Origin: Rhodocyclaceae bacterium
Lineage (GTDB): Bacteria > Pseudomonadota > Gammaproteobacteria > Burkholderiales > Rhodocyclaceae
Direction: 5' to 3'
Assembly: GCA_049593715.1 (NCBI GenBank)
Contig: JBAWHH010000056.1
Span: forward strand, 1 to 27,746
Length of the DNA stretch: 27,746 nucleotides
The position numbers and the translations under genes are program-made. Below the pieces are notes generated by a model that worked only from the letters and a program-made list of their open reading frames with translations, did no database searches and was not told the origin of the DNA. Every line of letters begins with the position of its first letter. Position 1 is the first letter of the stretch. Positions 17,299 through 27,731 of this stretch are shown piece after piece.

Positions 17299-17745
17299 CT
17301 ATTCGTGGCGCGTCGCGTCGGCCCAGCAGTTGGGCGTCTCATACAGGCGGACCTGCTCCAGTCGCAGCCGGTTGCCGTATGCGCTGCGGTACAGCGGATC
17401 GAGGATGTCGAAGGCGGTCTGGGCAATGTTTTCCGCCGTCGGTACGCCGTCGAATACCACGGTCTTGTGGCCTGGCATGGTCTGCAGGAAATCCAGGACC
17501 GCCTTGTCGCCCCGGTGGACCAGGAAGGCGTGATCCCAGCGGTCTACCACATGCGTCTGAGCCAGGGTCTTCACTTCCGCGAAATCCATGACCATGCCAT
17601 CCACTTCGGACCCAGGCAACTGAATGATGTCGCCGGACAAGGTGATCTCCAGCGCGTAGCGGTGGCCATGCAAGTGGCGGCACGCGCTGCGATGGTCGGG
17701 GATGCGGTGCCCGGCATCGAATTCCAGGCGGCGGGTGATGCGCAT
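17299..17745 (-). CDS. queD: 6-carboxy-5,6,7,8-tetrahydropterin synthase QueD (PTPS family)
   Basis: From ATG 17745: MRITRRLEFDAGHRIP, CRHLHGHRY, GMVMDF, WDHAFL, PTAENIA and LYETP. Confidence 0.92.
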   Translation of the reverse strand: MRITRRLEFDAGHRIPDHRSACRHLHGHRYALEITLSGDIIQLPGSEVDGMVMDFAEVKTLAQTHVVDRWDHAFLVHRGDKAVLDFLQTMPGHKTVVFDGVPTAENIAQTAFDILDPLYRSAYGNRLRLEQVRLYETPNCWADATRHE

Positions 17746-17807
17746 GAGGCAGATATGGTGCACAGGTCGGGGATGAGCCTGCGGGGCGGATTGTATCATT
17801 GGCTCCG

Positions 17808-18683
17808 ATGACCTCTTCGCAATCCAAGCAGACGGTGAACCTCGCCCAGTTGAAAACCCGTGACCACAGCCGCGAGGTAGCCGGGCTTACCTACGTTTAT
17901 CCAGTCCTCTCACGTCGCGCGGGCGGGATTTCGATCGGCGTGAATTTGAATCCGAACAACGCATGCAATTGGCGCTGCCTCTACTGTCAGGTGCCGAATC
18001 TGCAGCGGGGTTCTGCACCGCCCATCGACGTGGCCCTCCTGGCGAGCGAACTGCGTGGTTTTCTGGCGGCTTTGCGGCGCGGGGATCCATTGGCCGGTGG
18101 GTGTGGGGACGATCAGCACCGGATCATGGATATTGCGATCTCCGGCAATGGCGAACCCACGAGCGCACGGGAGTTTCCTCAAGTTGTCGCTCTGATTGCC
18201 CAGGTAATGAATGAGTTCGGCCTCACTCCAGCGACAAAGGCGAGGCTGATTACCAACGGAAGCCTGATGCGGCGCGAGTCCGTGCGGCGAGGCGTCGAAA
18301 CCCTGGGCCTGGCCGGGGGTGAAGTGTGGTTCAAGATCGATGCCGGTACCGCGGAGGGGTTTCGCCGCATCAACGGCGTGGTGCGAACGCCAACCCAGGT
18401 GATTCGCGATCTGGCCTGCTGCGCAGAACTCTGCCCTACCTGGATCCAGACCTGTTTATTTGCTCTGGACGGACAGCCGCAGGCCGAGTCCGAACTGGAT
18501 GCTTATCTGGAGATTGTTGGCGCCTTCGCGCCGCAGAAGCTGCAGGGGGTGCTGCTCTATGGGCTGGCTCGGGAATCGCGCCAGCCCGAGGTAGGCCGGC
18601 TGAAAGCCTTGACTGCGGAAGCGCTGGAGTCGGTGGCTGTGAGAATTCGCCGTCTCGGGCTGACGGTACGCGTCAGCCCGTAG
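17808..18683 (+). CDS. Radical SAM protein of unknown function
   Basis: YVYPVLSRRAGGISIGVNL, CNWRCLYC (CxxxCxxC), SGNGEPT and LITNGS; resembles the uncharacterised COG0731-type radical SAM group. Confidence 0.9.
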   Translation: MTSSQSKQTVNLAQLKTRDHSREVAGLTYVYPVLSRRAGGISIGVNLNPNNACNWRCLYCQVPNLQRGSAPPIDVALLASELRGFLAALRRGDPLAGGCGDDQHRIMDIAISGNGEPTSAREFPQVVALIAQVMNEFGLTPATKARLITNGSLMRRESVRRGVETLGLAGGEVWFKIDAGTAEGFRRINGVVRTPTQVIRDLACCAELCPTWIQTCLFALDGQPQAESELDAYLEIVGAFAPQKLQGVLLYGLARESRQPEVGRLKALTAEALESVAVRIRRLGLTVRVSP

Positions 18684-18693
18684 CAACGGAAAG

Positions 18694-18993
18694 TTAGGCT
18701 GCGGCTTTCTTGGACCAGGCGCGAGCGTCTTTCTTCAGGCGCTTGAAGAGATCCATCTCCTTGGCACGCAGATACTCAATTACCTCGTAGTCGTCACGGC
18801 GAATCTTGTTCACGTCGATCTGCTCGACGTGCACCAGACGTAGCAGGGACTGGACCGGGCGGGGCATGTTGCGCCCGCTTTCGTAGCGGGAGCCGCCGCT
18901 TTGAGTGACGCCCAGCTTTGACCAAAACTGCGACTGGTTCATACCAAGTTTCCGGCGCAATTCCCGAGCATCGATTTTTTCGTTAGCTTTCAT
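18694..18993 (-). CDS. XRE-family HTH regulator (BswR/NHTF-like)
   Basis: From ATG 18993 (RBS GAGG): RELRRKLGMNQSQFWSKLGVTQSGGSRYESGRNMPRPV, which I recall as the signature of Pseudomonas BswR and Neisseria NHTF homologues. Confidence 0.88.
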   Translation of the reverse strand: MKANEKIDARELRRKLGMNQSQFWSKLGVTQSGGSRYESGRNMPRPVQSLLRLVHVEQIDVNKIRRDDYEVIEYLRAKEMDLFKRLKKDARAWSKKAAA

Positions 18994-19120
18994 GTTCCAA
19001 CCTCGCATTTGGGAAAAGTCAAACTGCCATCGCTTGCGCGCTGGCAGGCGAAGTTTAGATCAATATTCTCCTGCCATCTAGCGGATTCTTCGATAACCCA
19101 GTTAGGGTTTCCCCTTTTCC

Positions 19121-19136
19121 TGAAAGGGGTATGCCA
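19121..19136 (-). promoter_or_regulatory. Candidate sigma54 -24/-12 promoter facing the XRE gene
   Basis: Minus strand TGGCATACCCCTTTCA vs consensus TGGCACG-N4-TTGCW; correct spacing, with TC instead of GC at -12. Confidence 0.4.
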
Positions 19137-19263
19137 AGCTCTGGCGGGTTGGGAAGCGGCCTCGTGCGGCGTCATTGCCCGCCGAGCGAACCGGTTCCAT
19201 GCGCCACCGGTCCCCCTTCGAATAGGGTAAACTGCGCGACTTTCGATCCTGTCCGAGCCGGCT

Positions 19264-20496
19264 ATGGCATTGATTGTTCAGAAATATGGCGGGACTTCCG
19301 TAGGCACGCCGGAGCGCATCCGCAATGTTGCGCGGCGCGTTGCTGCGGCGCAGCGACAAGGTCATCAGGTGGTCGTCGTGGTTTCCGCCATGAGTGGCGA
19401 AACCAACCGCTTGATCGCGCTGGCCAAGGAAGTCCAGCCGAATCCGGACTCCCGGGAACTCGATGTGGTGGTTTCCACCGGCGAGCAAGTCACCATCGGT
19501 CTGCTTTCCATGGCGCTGATGGGCGAGGGCGTGAAAGCCCGCAGCTATACCGGCGGCCAGGTTCGCATCCTGACGGACAGCGCATTCACCAAGGCGCGTA
19601 TTCTGGACATCGACGAGGCGCAGATGCGGCGCGATCTGACCGACGGGCACGTCGTCGTCGTGGCAGGCTTCCAAGGCGTCGATGCCCAAGGAAACATCAC
19701 GACGCTCGGCCGCGGCGGATCCGATACCACCGGCGTGGCGCTGGCGGCGGCGTTGAAAGCGGACGAGTGCCAGATATATACCGACGTGGATGGTGTCTAT
19801 ACCACCGATCCGCGCATCGTGCCGGAGGCGCGGCGGCTCGACACCATCACCTTCGAGGAAATGCTGGAGATGGCGAGCCTGGGATCGAAAGTCTTGCAGA
19901 TCCGCTCGGTGGAGTTCGCCGGCAAGTACAAGGTCAAGTTGCGTGTCCTGTCCAGCTTCGAAGAAGGCGGGCATGGGACGCTCATCACTGTCGAGGAAGA
20001 CGCCAAAATGGAACAGCCGATCATTTCGGGAATCGCATTCAATCGCGACGAGGCCAAGCTGACCGTCGTCGGCGTGCCCGATCGGCCGGGCATTGCCTAC
20101 CAGATTCTGGGTGCCATCGCCGAGGGCAACATCGATGTGGATATGATCATCCAGAACATCGGCCACGATGGCTCGACGGATTTCTCATTCACCGTCAACC
20201 GCAGTGAGTACGACAAGGCGTTCGCTATCCTGGAAAACACCGTCAAACCCCATGTCGGCGCGCGGGAGGTCCGGGGTGACAAGAGAATTTGCAAAGTGTC
20301 CGCGGTGGGCGTCGGGATGCGTTCCCACCCCGGTGTGGCGAGCAAGATGTTTCGCGCGCTGGCCGAGGAGGGAATCAACATCCAGATGATCTCGACATCG
20401 GAAATCAAGATCTCCGTGGTCATCGACGAGAAGTACCTCGAACTGGCGGTGCGCGTGCTGCACCGCGCTTTCGATCTCGATCGGGCGGCCAGCTAG
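19264..20496 (+). CDS. lysC: Aspartate kinase
   Basis: [31 protein letters not shown] and [13 protein letters not shown], plus two ACT domains (ISTSEIKIS). Confidence 0.97.
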   Translation: MALIVQKYGGTSVGTPERIRNVARRVAAAQRQGHQVVVVVSAMSGETNRLIALAKEVQPNPDSRELDVVVSTGEQVTIGLLSMALMGEGVKARSYTGGQVRILTDSAFTKARILDIDEAQMRRDLTDGHVVVVAGFQGVDAQGNITTLGRGGSDTTGVALAAALKADECQIYTDVDGVYTTDPRIVPEARRLDTITFEEMLEMASLGSKVLQIRSVEFAGKYKVKLRVLSSFEEGGHGTLITVEEDAKMEQPIISGIAFNRDEAKLTVVGVPDRPGIAYQILGAIAEGNIDVDMIIQNIGHDGSTDFSFTVNRSEYDKAFAILENTVKPHVGAREVRGDKRICKVSAVGVGMRSHPGVASKMFRALAEEGINIQMISTSEIKISVVIDEKYLELAVRVLHRAFDLDRAAS

Positions 20497-20559
20497 GGCC
20501 GATGGCTGACGCCGGGCGCCTGTCCCGTTGTGCGGGCAGCTCGCGGCGTGCCTCCGCAC

Positions 20560-21384
20560 ATGGCAGAGATCATCGACTTCCCCACCGCTCACACGGGGCA
20601 CCAGGCTAAGGTCTATGGTGAGCCGTTGGCGGAATTGCCGAAGGATCTCTATATTCCGCCGGAGGCACTGGAGATATTCCTCGACGCTTTCGAGGGACCG
20701 CTGGATCTACTGTTGTATCTGATCCGTCGCGCCAATCTCGACATCCTCGATATTCCGATGGCGCCGCTGACCGCCCAGTACCTGGAATACGTCGAGGCCA
20801 TGCGAGCCCACAATCTGGAACTGGCGGCGGAATATCTTCTGATGGCGGCAATACTGCTGGAGATCAAGTCCCGCATGCTACTGCCCCAGCCGAAGAAAGC
20901 CGAGGGCGAGGAGCCGGAAGATCCAAGGGCGGAACTGGTCCGTAGGCTGCTCGAATATGAACGCATGAAGCGGGCGGCCGCGAAAATCGATGAGTTGCCC
21001 CAGGCCACGCGGGATTTCGAGTGGGTTTCGGTCAGCATCTCCAAACGCATTGTCGAGCGCCTGCCCGAAGTCAGCCTGCACGATCTGCAACTTGCCTGGC
21101 TGCAGGTGATGAAGCGCGCACGCATGATGCAGCACCACAGGGTGAAGCGCGAAGAGTTGTCGGTGCGGGAGCACATGAGCCGCATACTGAGGCAGCTCCA
21201 GCGCGGCGGTTTCGTCGAATTCGGTGATCTGTTCGAAGCCGGCGCCGGCGTGCCGGCGCTGGTGGTGAGTTTCCTTGCGGTGCTGGAACTGGTTCGGGAA
21301 AAGCTCGTGGAAGTGGTCCAACGGGAAGTGTTTGCGCCGATCCACGTGCGGCTGGTGGCATCCTTGGGCCATGAACCCGCCTGA
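20560..21384 (+). CDS. scpA: Segregation/condensation protein A (kleisin)
   Basis: LYIPPEALEIFLDAFEGPLDLLLYLI, LLEIKSRMLLP, DPRAELVRRLLEY and FLAVLEL; start 20560 (ATG) or 20530 (GTG). Confidence 0.95.
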   Translation: MAEIIDFPTAHTGHQAKVYGEPLAELPKDLYIPPEALEIFLDAFEGPLDLLLYLIRRANLDILDIPMAPLTAQYLEYVEAMRAHNLELAAEYLLMAAILLEIKSRMLLPQPKKAEGEEPEDPRAELVRRLLEYERMKRAAAKIDELPQATRDFEWVSVSISKRIVERLPEVSLHDLQLAWLQVMKRARMMQHHRVKREELSVREHMSRILRQLQRGGFVEFGDLFEAGAGVPALVVSFLAVLELVREKLVEVVQREVFAPIHVRLVASLGHEPA

Positions 21385-22066
21385 CACGCAATCCACAAAT
21401 CCGGGTCAGGGAGCGGCACCGGCTTCGACCGTCGTGTCCATGACGGGCTATGCGCAGAGTCAAGACGCAGTGCCCGATGGGCCTCGGGATGCCTTGGCTC
21501 AGCCGGTTGACGCTCAGCCGGCGCCGGATTATGGCCTGCGGGTGCTGGAGGCCGTGCTGCTTGCCGCGACCGAGCCGGTGACCGTATCTGAATTGCGCCG
21601 CGTTTTCGATGAGGATGTGGATGCCATCACTATGTCATCTTGGCTGCAGCAACTGGGCGCTCAGTGGCGCGAGCGCGGTGTCAATCTGACGCAGACCGCT
21701 TCAGGATGGCGTTTCCAGACGCGGCCGGAGATGCAGGTGCACATTGATCGACTCAAGCAGGAAAAGCCGCCCAAGTACTCGCGTGCGGTGATGGAAACCC
21801 TGGCCATCATCGCGTACCGTCAGCCGGTGACGCGGGGCGATATCGAAGATATCCGCGGCGTCGCGGTGTCGCCCAACATCGTCAAGACGCTGGAAGGCCG
21901 GGGCTGGATCGATGCGGTGGGCCATAGGGAAACGCCTGGCCGGCCAGCGCTTTACGCGACGACGCGGCGTTTTCTCGACGAATTGGGCTTGCGCAGTCTT
22001 TCAGAACTGCCTTCGCTCTCGGAAATAGAAGGTCTTATGGAGCGTAGCGATGGTTCCCCCAATTAA
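21371..22066 (+). CDS. scpB: Segregation/condensation protein B
   Basis: [41 protein letters not shown] and GRPALYATT; start uncertain (21371 or 21440). Confidence 0.93.
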   Translation: MNPPDTQSTNPGQGAAPASTVVSMTGYAQSQDAVPDGPRDALAQPVDAQPAPDYGLRVLEAVLLAATEPVTVSELRRVFDEDVDAITMSSWLQQLGAQWRERGVNLTQTASGWRFQTRPEMQVHIDRLKQEKPPKYSRAVMETLAIIAYRQPVTRGDIEDIRGVAVSPNIVKTLEGRGWIDAVGHRETPGRPALYATTRRFLDELGLRSLSELPSLSEIEGLMERSDGSPN

Positions 22067-22973
22067 GCGTGCCGCCAACCGTACCGCCAGACCGGCGCCT
22101 GCCGCCCGTCCCGGTCGCCGCCATCCTTTGCGGCCCGCGTCGGCCAATGCCGCACCGGTCGCCGCAACCGTGGAACCCGGGGAAAAACTGCACAAGCTCC
22201 TGGCCCAATCCGGCTTTGGCTCGCGGCGGGAGATCGAGGGGTGGATCGAGGCCGGCAATGTGAGCGTGAACGGCAAACCGGCCCATGTAGGCCAGCGAGT
22301 CGGGCCGCGGGATCGTGTCAAGGTTAACGGGCGCTTGGTGTCGCTGCGCTCCGTGGCGCGATTGCCGCGCGTACTGGTCTATCACAAGCCGGAAGGCGAG
22401 ATCGTCTCGCGGGGGGATCCGGAGGGCCGCCCGAGCGTCTTCGACCGTCTCCCGATCCTCAAGCGCAGCCGGTGGGTGGCAGTGGGGCGGCTGGATTTCA
22501 ACACGTCTGGGCTGCTTCTTTTGACCACCAGCGGCGAATTGGCCAATCGCCTCATGCACCCGAGCTACGGCATGGAGCGCGAGTACGCGGTGCGGGTCGT
22601 CGGCGAGCTTTCCGACGCGCAGCGCGAAGCTCTGTTGGATGGTGTCGAATTGGCGGACGGGGTGGGGGGGTTCCAAAGCCTTACAGACCAGGGCGGGGAG
22701 GGAACCAACCACTGGTATCGGGTGGTTTTGGGCGAGGGACGCAATCGCGAGGTGCGGCGACTCTTCGAAGCCGTGGGATCGATGGTGAGCCGGCTGATCC
22801 GCGTTCGATATGGGCCGGTCACCATGTCGCGCCGGCTCAAGCGCGGCATGTTCGAAGAACTGGACGAGGCCGCCACACGGGATCTCCTTGCGGCGGTGGG
22901 CGCCGAGGCGACGATTGACCCTCTCGTGGGAGGCAAGCGCAAGCCGGCGCCACGTGCTCGCGCCGTGAAATGA
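22050..22973 (+). CDS. rluB: 23S rRNA pseudouridine synthase RluB
   Basis: S4 domain ([16 protein letters not shown]), [12 protein letters not shown] and EGRNREVRR; conserved position after scpB. Confidence 0.92.
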   Translation: MVPPIKRAANRTARPAPAARPGRRHPLRPASANAAPVAATVEPGEKLHKLLAQSGFGSRREIEGWIEAGNVSVNGKPAHVGQRVGPRDRVKVNGRLVSLRSVARLPRVLVYHKPEGEIVSRGDPEGRPSVFDRLPILKRSRWVAVGRLDFNTSGLLLLTTSGELANRLMHPSYGMEREYAVRVVGELSDAQREALLDGVELADGVGGFQSLTDQGGEGTNHWYRVVLGEGRNREVRRLFEAVGSMVSRLIRVRYGPVTMSRRLKRGMFEELDEAATRDLLAAVGAEATIDPLVGGKRKPAPRARAVK

Positions 22974-23003
22974 TTGGCGTGTAGTTTAGGCCTTTGCTAT
23001 AAT
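22974..23003 (+). promoter_or_regulatory. sigma70 promoter of the rimP-nusA-infB operon
   Basis: TTGGCG (22974-22979), 18-nt spacer, extended -10 TGc-TATAAT (22995-23003). Confidence 0.7.
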
Positions 23004-23051
23004 CGCTGACGTTTTTCAGTCTTCCCCTGGGTGGTCGCGGCAACAAACTGG

Positions 23052-23077
23052 ATGGGCGTCTCGCCCATTTTTTATTT
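23052..23077 (+). terminator. rimP leader attenuator hairpin
   Basis: ATGGGCG-tct-CGCCCAT followed by TTTTTATTT just before rimP; matches the known rimP-leader terminator arrangement. Confidence 0.75.
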
Positions 23078-23087
23078 GTAGGATCTG

Positions 23088-23525
23088 ATGGATACCTTTG
23101 GTCTTATCGAGCAGGCGGTGCGCGGTCTGGGTTACGAGTTCGTTGATCTCGAAACCAGCCCTCGGGGTCGGCTGTTGCGGGTGTTCATCGATGTGCCGGA
23201 CCGGGGGCATGGGGTGACTGTCGAAGACTGTGCGCGGGTGAGCAATCATTTGACGCGCCTGTTTGAAGTGGAAAACGTCGATTTCGACCGGCTCGAAGTG
23301 TCTTCACCCGGACTCGATCGTGTGCTGAAGAAGCCCGCTGACTTTATCCGCTTCGCCGGGTGCGAGGCGACGGTGCGCGTACGGGTGCCAATCGACGGGC
23401 AGCGCAATTTCGTCGGTGTGCTGGAGGGGGTCCAGGAAGGCAAGGTCATGCTGCAGATCGCGGGCGTGACCATGGCGCTGGAGCTGTTGCAAATTGAGAA
23501 GGCGCGCCTGGTGCCTAAGCTATGA
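23088..23525 (+). CDS. rimP: Ribosome maturation factor RimP
   Basis: [26 protein letters not shown] and IEKARLVP. Confidence 0.96.
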   Translation: MDTFGLIEQAVRGLGYEFVDLETSPRGRLLRVFIDVPDRGHGVTVEDCARVSNHLTRLFEVENVDFDRLEVSSPGLDRVLKKPADFIRFAGCEATVRVRVPIDGQRNFVGVLEGVQEGKVMLQIAGVTMALELLQIEKARLVPKL

Positions 23526-23556
23526 GCCGCATCGGGAGCTGCCGGAGGTCGAAGCG

Positions 23557-25029
23557 ATGAGCCGCGAAATACTGCTGCTGGTGGATGCGTTGGCGCGGGA
23601 GAAGAACGTCAGCAAGGAGATTGTGTTTACCTCCCTGGAGTCGGCGCTGGCGTCCGCCACTAAGAAGCGCGTCAGTGAACAAGCCGACGTGCGGGTCGCC
23701 ATCGATCGGGATAGCGGTGACTATGAGTCCTTCCGTCGCTGGCTGGTGGTGGCCGACGATGCGGTGGAAGACCTGGAAGGCCAGGTTGGTATCAGCGAGG
23801 CGCAAAAGCGGGTGCCCGATGTCCAGTTGGACGAATACATTGAGGAAGCGCTGGAGCCCATCGATTTCGGGCGCATTGGTGCCCAGGCGGCAAAGCAGGT
23901 GATCCTGCAGAAGATCCGTGACGCCGAGCGCGAGCAGGTGCTGACGGACTTTCTGGAACGCAAGGAACACATCGTTACCGGGAATATCAAGCGCATCGAG
24001 CGCGGCAACGCCATTATCGAACTGGGGCGTATCGAAGCCGTGCTTCCGCGCGACCAGATGATTCCCCGGGAGAATCTGCGCGTTGGTGACCGTGCGAAGG
24101 CCTATCTGATGCGGGTCGAGCGGGGCATGCGCGGGCCGCAGTTGATCCTTTCGCGCACGGCGCCCGAGTTCATCATGAAGCTGTTCGAACTCGAGGTACC
24201 GGAGATCGAGGACGGCCTGCTCGAAATCAAGGGCGCGGCGCGCGATCCGGGCATACGGGCGAAGATCGCCGTGAAATCCAACGATCAACGTATCGACCCC
24301 ATCGGCACCTGCGTGGGGATGCGTGGGTCGCGCGTGCAGGCGGTCACCAACGAGTTGGGCGGCGAGCGAGTGGACATCATTTTGTGGTCTTCCGATCCGG
24401 CCCAGTTTGTCATTGGCGCGCTGGCACCGGCGGACGTTTCCAGCATCGTCGTCGACGAAGACTCCCACAGCATGGACGTGGTGGTGGACGAAGCCAATTT
24501 GGCGATCGCCATCGGGCGCTCCGGCCAAAATGTGCGCCTTGCTTCGGAACTCACCGGCTGGACCATCAACCTGATGACGGTGGAAGAGTCGCAGAAGCGC
24601 TCGGAGGCCGAAAGTTCCGCCACGCGCGCCCTGTTCGTCGACAAGCTCGACGTCGATGAAGAGGTGGCAAACATCCTCATCGACGAGGGTTTCTCCACGC
24701 TTGAAGAGGTGGCCTACGTTCCGCTGCAGGAGATGTTGGAGATCGATGCTTTCGACGAGGAAACAGTCAACGAATTGCGCAACCGCGCACGCAACGTGCT
24801 GCTGACCGAAGCCATTGTGGACGAGGAGCAGTTGGAGAAGGTGGACGACGATCTGCTGAGCCTGGAGGGCATGGATTCCTCCCTGGCTTCGAAGCTGGCG
24901 CGCGGCAATGTACGCTCCCGCGACGACTTGGCAGATCTCGCGGTGGATGAATTGGTGGAACTTGCCGGCATTGATGCCGAGCGGGCCAAGAATCTGATTA
25001 CGACTGCGCGGGCCCATTGGTTCCAGTAA
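23557..25029 (+). CDS. nusA: Transcription termination/antitermination factor NusA
   Basis: Start ATG 23557 (RBS GGAGG): [31 protein letters not shown]1 and KH domains ([12 protein letters not shown]), and two C-terminal AR repeats. Confidence 0.97.
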   Translation: MSREILLLVDALAREKNVSKEIVFTSLESALASATKKRVSEQADVRVAIDRDSGDYESFRRWLVVADDAVEDLEGQVGISEAQKRVPDVQLDEYIEEALEPIDFGRIGAQAAKQVILQKIRDAEREQVLTDFLERKEHIVTGNIKRIERGNAIIELGRIEAVLPRDQMIPRENLRVGDRAKAYLMRVERGMRGPQLILSRTAPEFIMKLFELEVPEIEDGLLEIKGAARDPGIRAKIAVKSNDQRIDPIGTCVGMRGSRVQAVTNELGGERVDIILWSSDPAQFVIGALAPADVSSIVVDEDSHSMDVVVDEANLAIAIGRSGQNVRLASELTGWTINLMTVEESQKRSEAESSATRALFVDKLDVDEEVANILIDEGFSTLEEVAYVPLQEMLEIDAFDEETVNELRNRARNVLLTEAIVDEEQLEKVDDDLLSLEGMDSSLASKLARGNVRSRDDLADLAVDELVELAGIDAERAKNLITTARAHWFQ

Positions 25030-25044
25030 TGGCGGAGAGCTGAA

Positions 25045-27612
25045 ATGGCACAAACGAGTGTTTTGCAATTCGCCAGCGAACTGAAGATGCCGGCAGCCGC
25101 GCTGCTCGAGCAGTTGCAGAGGGCTGGCGTAGAGAAGAAGACCGAGAGCGATGTCCTGTCGGAGACGGACAAGTCGCGGCTATTGGAGTATTTGCGCCGG
25201 GCCCACGGTGAAACCCTGGCGAAAACGAAGATCACCCTTACCCGCAAGCAGACGACGGAAATCAAGAAGTCCGACGCTTCTGGCAAGCCCCGCACCATCC
25301 AGGTGGAAGTGCGCAAAAAGCGTGTGCTGGTCAAGCGCGATACTCCGGAGCCGGTGGTGGAGCCGATTGCGGCAACCGAGGCTCCCGCGCCAGTGATCGA
25401 TGCCGGCCAGGCGGCGCTGCGCGAACAGGAGGCCCTGCGCCAAGCCGAATTGGCCGCCCGTCAGGCCGCCGAACTGAAAGAGAAGCAGGAGCGCGAAGCG
25501 CGCGCCCGCCAGGAGGCGGAACAGCGGTTGGCGCAGATGCAGGCCGCGACGGAAGCGGCGGCCCAGGCCCAGACCCCGACCGAAGCTCCGCCTGCGCCCG
25601 TCGCTACTCCATCTGCGCCGTCCGCCCCGTCCGCGCCCGCCACCCTGCACAAGCCGTCGGCAAAACCCGATGACAAGAAGGCCAAAAAGCCTGCGCCAAC
25701 GGCTACAGCGTGGAAGAACGAGGCCGCCAAACGCCGCGGCATCAAGACCCGCGGTGACACGGGGGGGGCGTCCGGTTGGCGTGGCGGCCCAAGAGGTCGC
25801 CACAGACACGGCGAGGAGCTTTCCGCTCATGCCCAGATGCCTGCGGAGCCGATTGTCCGCGAAGTGCTTATTCCCGAGACAATTTCCGTTGCGGATCTGG
25901 CCCACAAGATGGCCGTAAAGGCGGCGGAACTCATCAAGACTCTGATGAAGCTCGGCATCATGGCCACGATCAACCAGGTGCTGGACCAGGAAACGGCGAT
26001 GATTGCCGTCGAGGAACTGGGGCACGTCGCCAAGCGGGCCAAGTTGGACGAACCGGATGCCTATCTGGACGAGGCTGCCGGCGATCACAAGGACATTGTT
26101 TCCGTTCCGCGTGCGCCTGTGGTCACCGTCATGGGCCACGTCGACCACGGCAAAACGTCCTTGTTGGACTACATCCGCAAGACGCGGGTAGCTAGCGGCG
26201 AGGCTGGCGGTATCACCCAGCACATCGGCGCCTACCATGTGGAAACGGCGCGTGGCGTTGTCACCTTCCTCGATACGCCGGGGCACGAGGCATTTACGGC
26301 GATGCGTGCGCGCGGCGCCAAGGCTACGGACATCGTGATCCTCGTCGTCGCGGCCGACGACGGCGTGATGCCTCAGACCAAAGAAGCAATTCACCACGCT
26401 AAAGCGGGTGAAGTGCCAATGGTGGTGGCCATCAACAAGGTCGACAAGCCGGATGCCAACCCCGATCGGGTCAAACAGGAACTGGTTGCGGAAGGGGTGG
26501 TGCCGGAAGAGTACGGCGGCGAATCTCCCTTCGTCGAGGTTTCGGCCAAGACCGGCCAAGGCATCGACGAGCTGCTGGAGAACGTCCTGTTGCAGGCTGA
26601 AGTGTTGGAATTGACCGCAGCCAAGGATGCGCCGGCGAAGGGCATCATCATCGAGGCGCGATTGGACAAGGGCCGCGGCCCGGTGGCTACGATCCTGGTG
26701 CAGTCCGGTACCCTGCGGCGTGGAGACGTGCTTCTGGCGGGCGGCGTGTTCGGCCGCATCCGTGCCATGCTCGATGAAACTGGCCGGCCCGTGGATGAGG
26801 CTGGGCCCTCGATTCCGGTGGAAATCCAGGGCTTGTCGGACGTTCCGGCTGCCGGCGACGACGCCATGGTTCTCGGCGATGAGCGCAAGGCGCGGGAGAT
26901 TTCGCTTTTCCGCCAGGGCAAGTTCCGCGATGTGAAACTCGCCAAGCAGCAGGCAGCGAAACTGGAAAGCATGTTCGAGCAGATGGGCGAAGGCGAAGTG
27001 AAAACGCTGCCCATCATTCTCAAAGCCGACGTACAGGGTTCCCAGGAAGCGCTGGTTCACTCTCTCACCAAGCTGTCCACGGACGAAGTCAAGGTGCAGG
27101 TGATCCACGCTGCCGTTGGGGGTATCACCGAATCCGACGTCAACCTGGCGTCGGCGTCGAAGGCGGTGGTCCTTGGCTTCAATACTCGCGCTGACGCCCA
27201 AGCGCGCAAGGTGGCGGAGCATCTTGGGGTCGACATCCGCTACTACAACATCATCTACGAAGCGGTGGATGAGGTGAGAGCGGCGCTCTCGGGCATGCTG
27301 GCGCCGGAGAAGAAGGAACATGTCCTGGGCACCGTCGAGATCCGTCAGGTTTTCCGGATTTCCCGGATTGGCGCGGTAGCCGGGTGTATGGTGCTGGACG
27401 GTCTGGTGCGCCGTGGCTCCCAGGTTCGCCTGCTGCGCAACCACGTGGTCACCTGGACCGGCGAACTCGATTCGCTCAAGCGCTTCAAGGATGACGTGCG
27501 CGAAGTCAAAGCCGGTTTCGAGTGCGGCCTTAGCCTCAAGAACTACAACGATATCGAGGAAGGTGACCAACTCGAAGTGTTCGAGATTCAGGAGGTCGCC
27601 CGGTCGCTGTAG
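25045..27612 (+). CDS. infB: Translation initiation factor IF-2
   Basis: [26 protein letters not shown] and [12 protein letters not shown]. Confidence 0.98.
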   Translation: MAQTSVLQFASELKMPAAALLEQLQRAGVEKKTESDVLSETDKSRLLEYLRRAHGETLAKTKITLTRKQTTEIKKSDASGKPRTIQVEVRKKRVLVKRDTPEPVVEPIAATEAPAPVIDAGQAALREQEALRQAELAARQAAELKEKQEREARARQEAEQRLAQMQAATEAAAQAQTPTEAPPAPVATPSAPSAPSAPATLHKPSAKPDDKKAKKPAPTATAWKNEAAKRRGIKTRGDTGGASGWRGGPRGRHRHGEELSAHAQMPAEPIVREVLIPETISVADLAHKMAVKAAELIKTLMKLGIMATINQVLDQETAMIAVEELGHVAKRAKLDEPDAYLDEAAGDHKDIVSVPRAPVVTVMGHVDHGKTSLLDYIRKTRVASGEAGGITQHIGAYHVETARGVVTFLDTPGHEAFTAMRARGAKATDIVILVVAADDGVMPQTKEAIHHAKAGEVPMVVAINKVDKPDANPDRVKQELVAEGVVPEEYGGESPFVEVSAKTGQGIDELLENVLLQAEVLELTAAKDAPAKGIIIEARLDKGRGPVATILVQSGTLRRGDVLLAGGVFGRIRAMLDETGRPVDEAGPSIPVEIQGLSDVPAAGDDAMVLGDERKAREISLFRQGKFRDVKLAKQQAAKLESMFEQMGEGEVKTLPIILKADVQGSQEALVHSLTKLSTDEVKVQVIHAAVGGITESDVNLASASKAVVLGFNTRADAQARKVAEHLGVDIRYYNIIYEAVDEVRAALSGMLAPEKKEHVLGTVEIRQVFRISRIGAVAGCMVLDGLVRRGSQVRLLRNHVVTWTGELDSLKRFKDDVREVKAGFECGLSLKNYNDIEEGDQLEVFEIQEVARSL

Positions 27613-27658
27613 GGCGGGGCCCGCAGCATCGGGGGCCTCTCCTTCTTCGCGGTACCCG

Positions 27659-27681
27659 ACGCGGCCGAGACCCGGCCGCGT
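27659..27681 (+). other. Intergenic hairpin between infB and rbfA
   Basis: ACGCGGCCG-agacc-CGGCCGCGT (9-bp stem). Confidence 0.45.
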
Positions 27682-27731
27682 TACGCGTCCTCAGCGGCGC
27701 GAAATCACTGTTCCCATCGAGAGATACAGCC

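Noticed and set aside
18994..19263. Lysine riboswitch upstream of lysC
   Set aside because: No L-box core motifs are recognisable, and the spacer is shared with a divergent gene.
21431..21463. [11 protein letters not shown] in the ScpB N-terminal extension resembling the YicC N-terminus
   Set aside because: Only about 6 residues with no further similarity; probably chance within a variable extension.
25608..25640. 9-bp tandem repeat encoding [10 protein letters not shown] in infB
   Set aside because: Ordinary low-complexity linker in the variable IF-2 N-terminal region.
177..27570. Long antisense or off-frame ORFs (e.g. 870-1607, 3292-4803, 5932-6924, 12210-13352, 19102-20166, 23515-25068, 25180-27570)
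   Set aside because: They shadow clearly identified genes, are expected from high-GC codon bias, and have no recognisable motifs.
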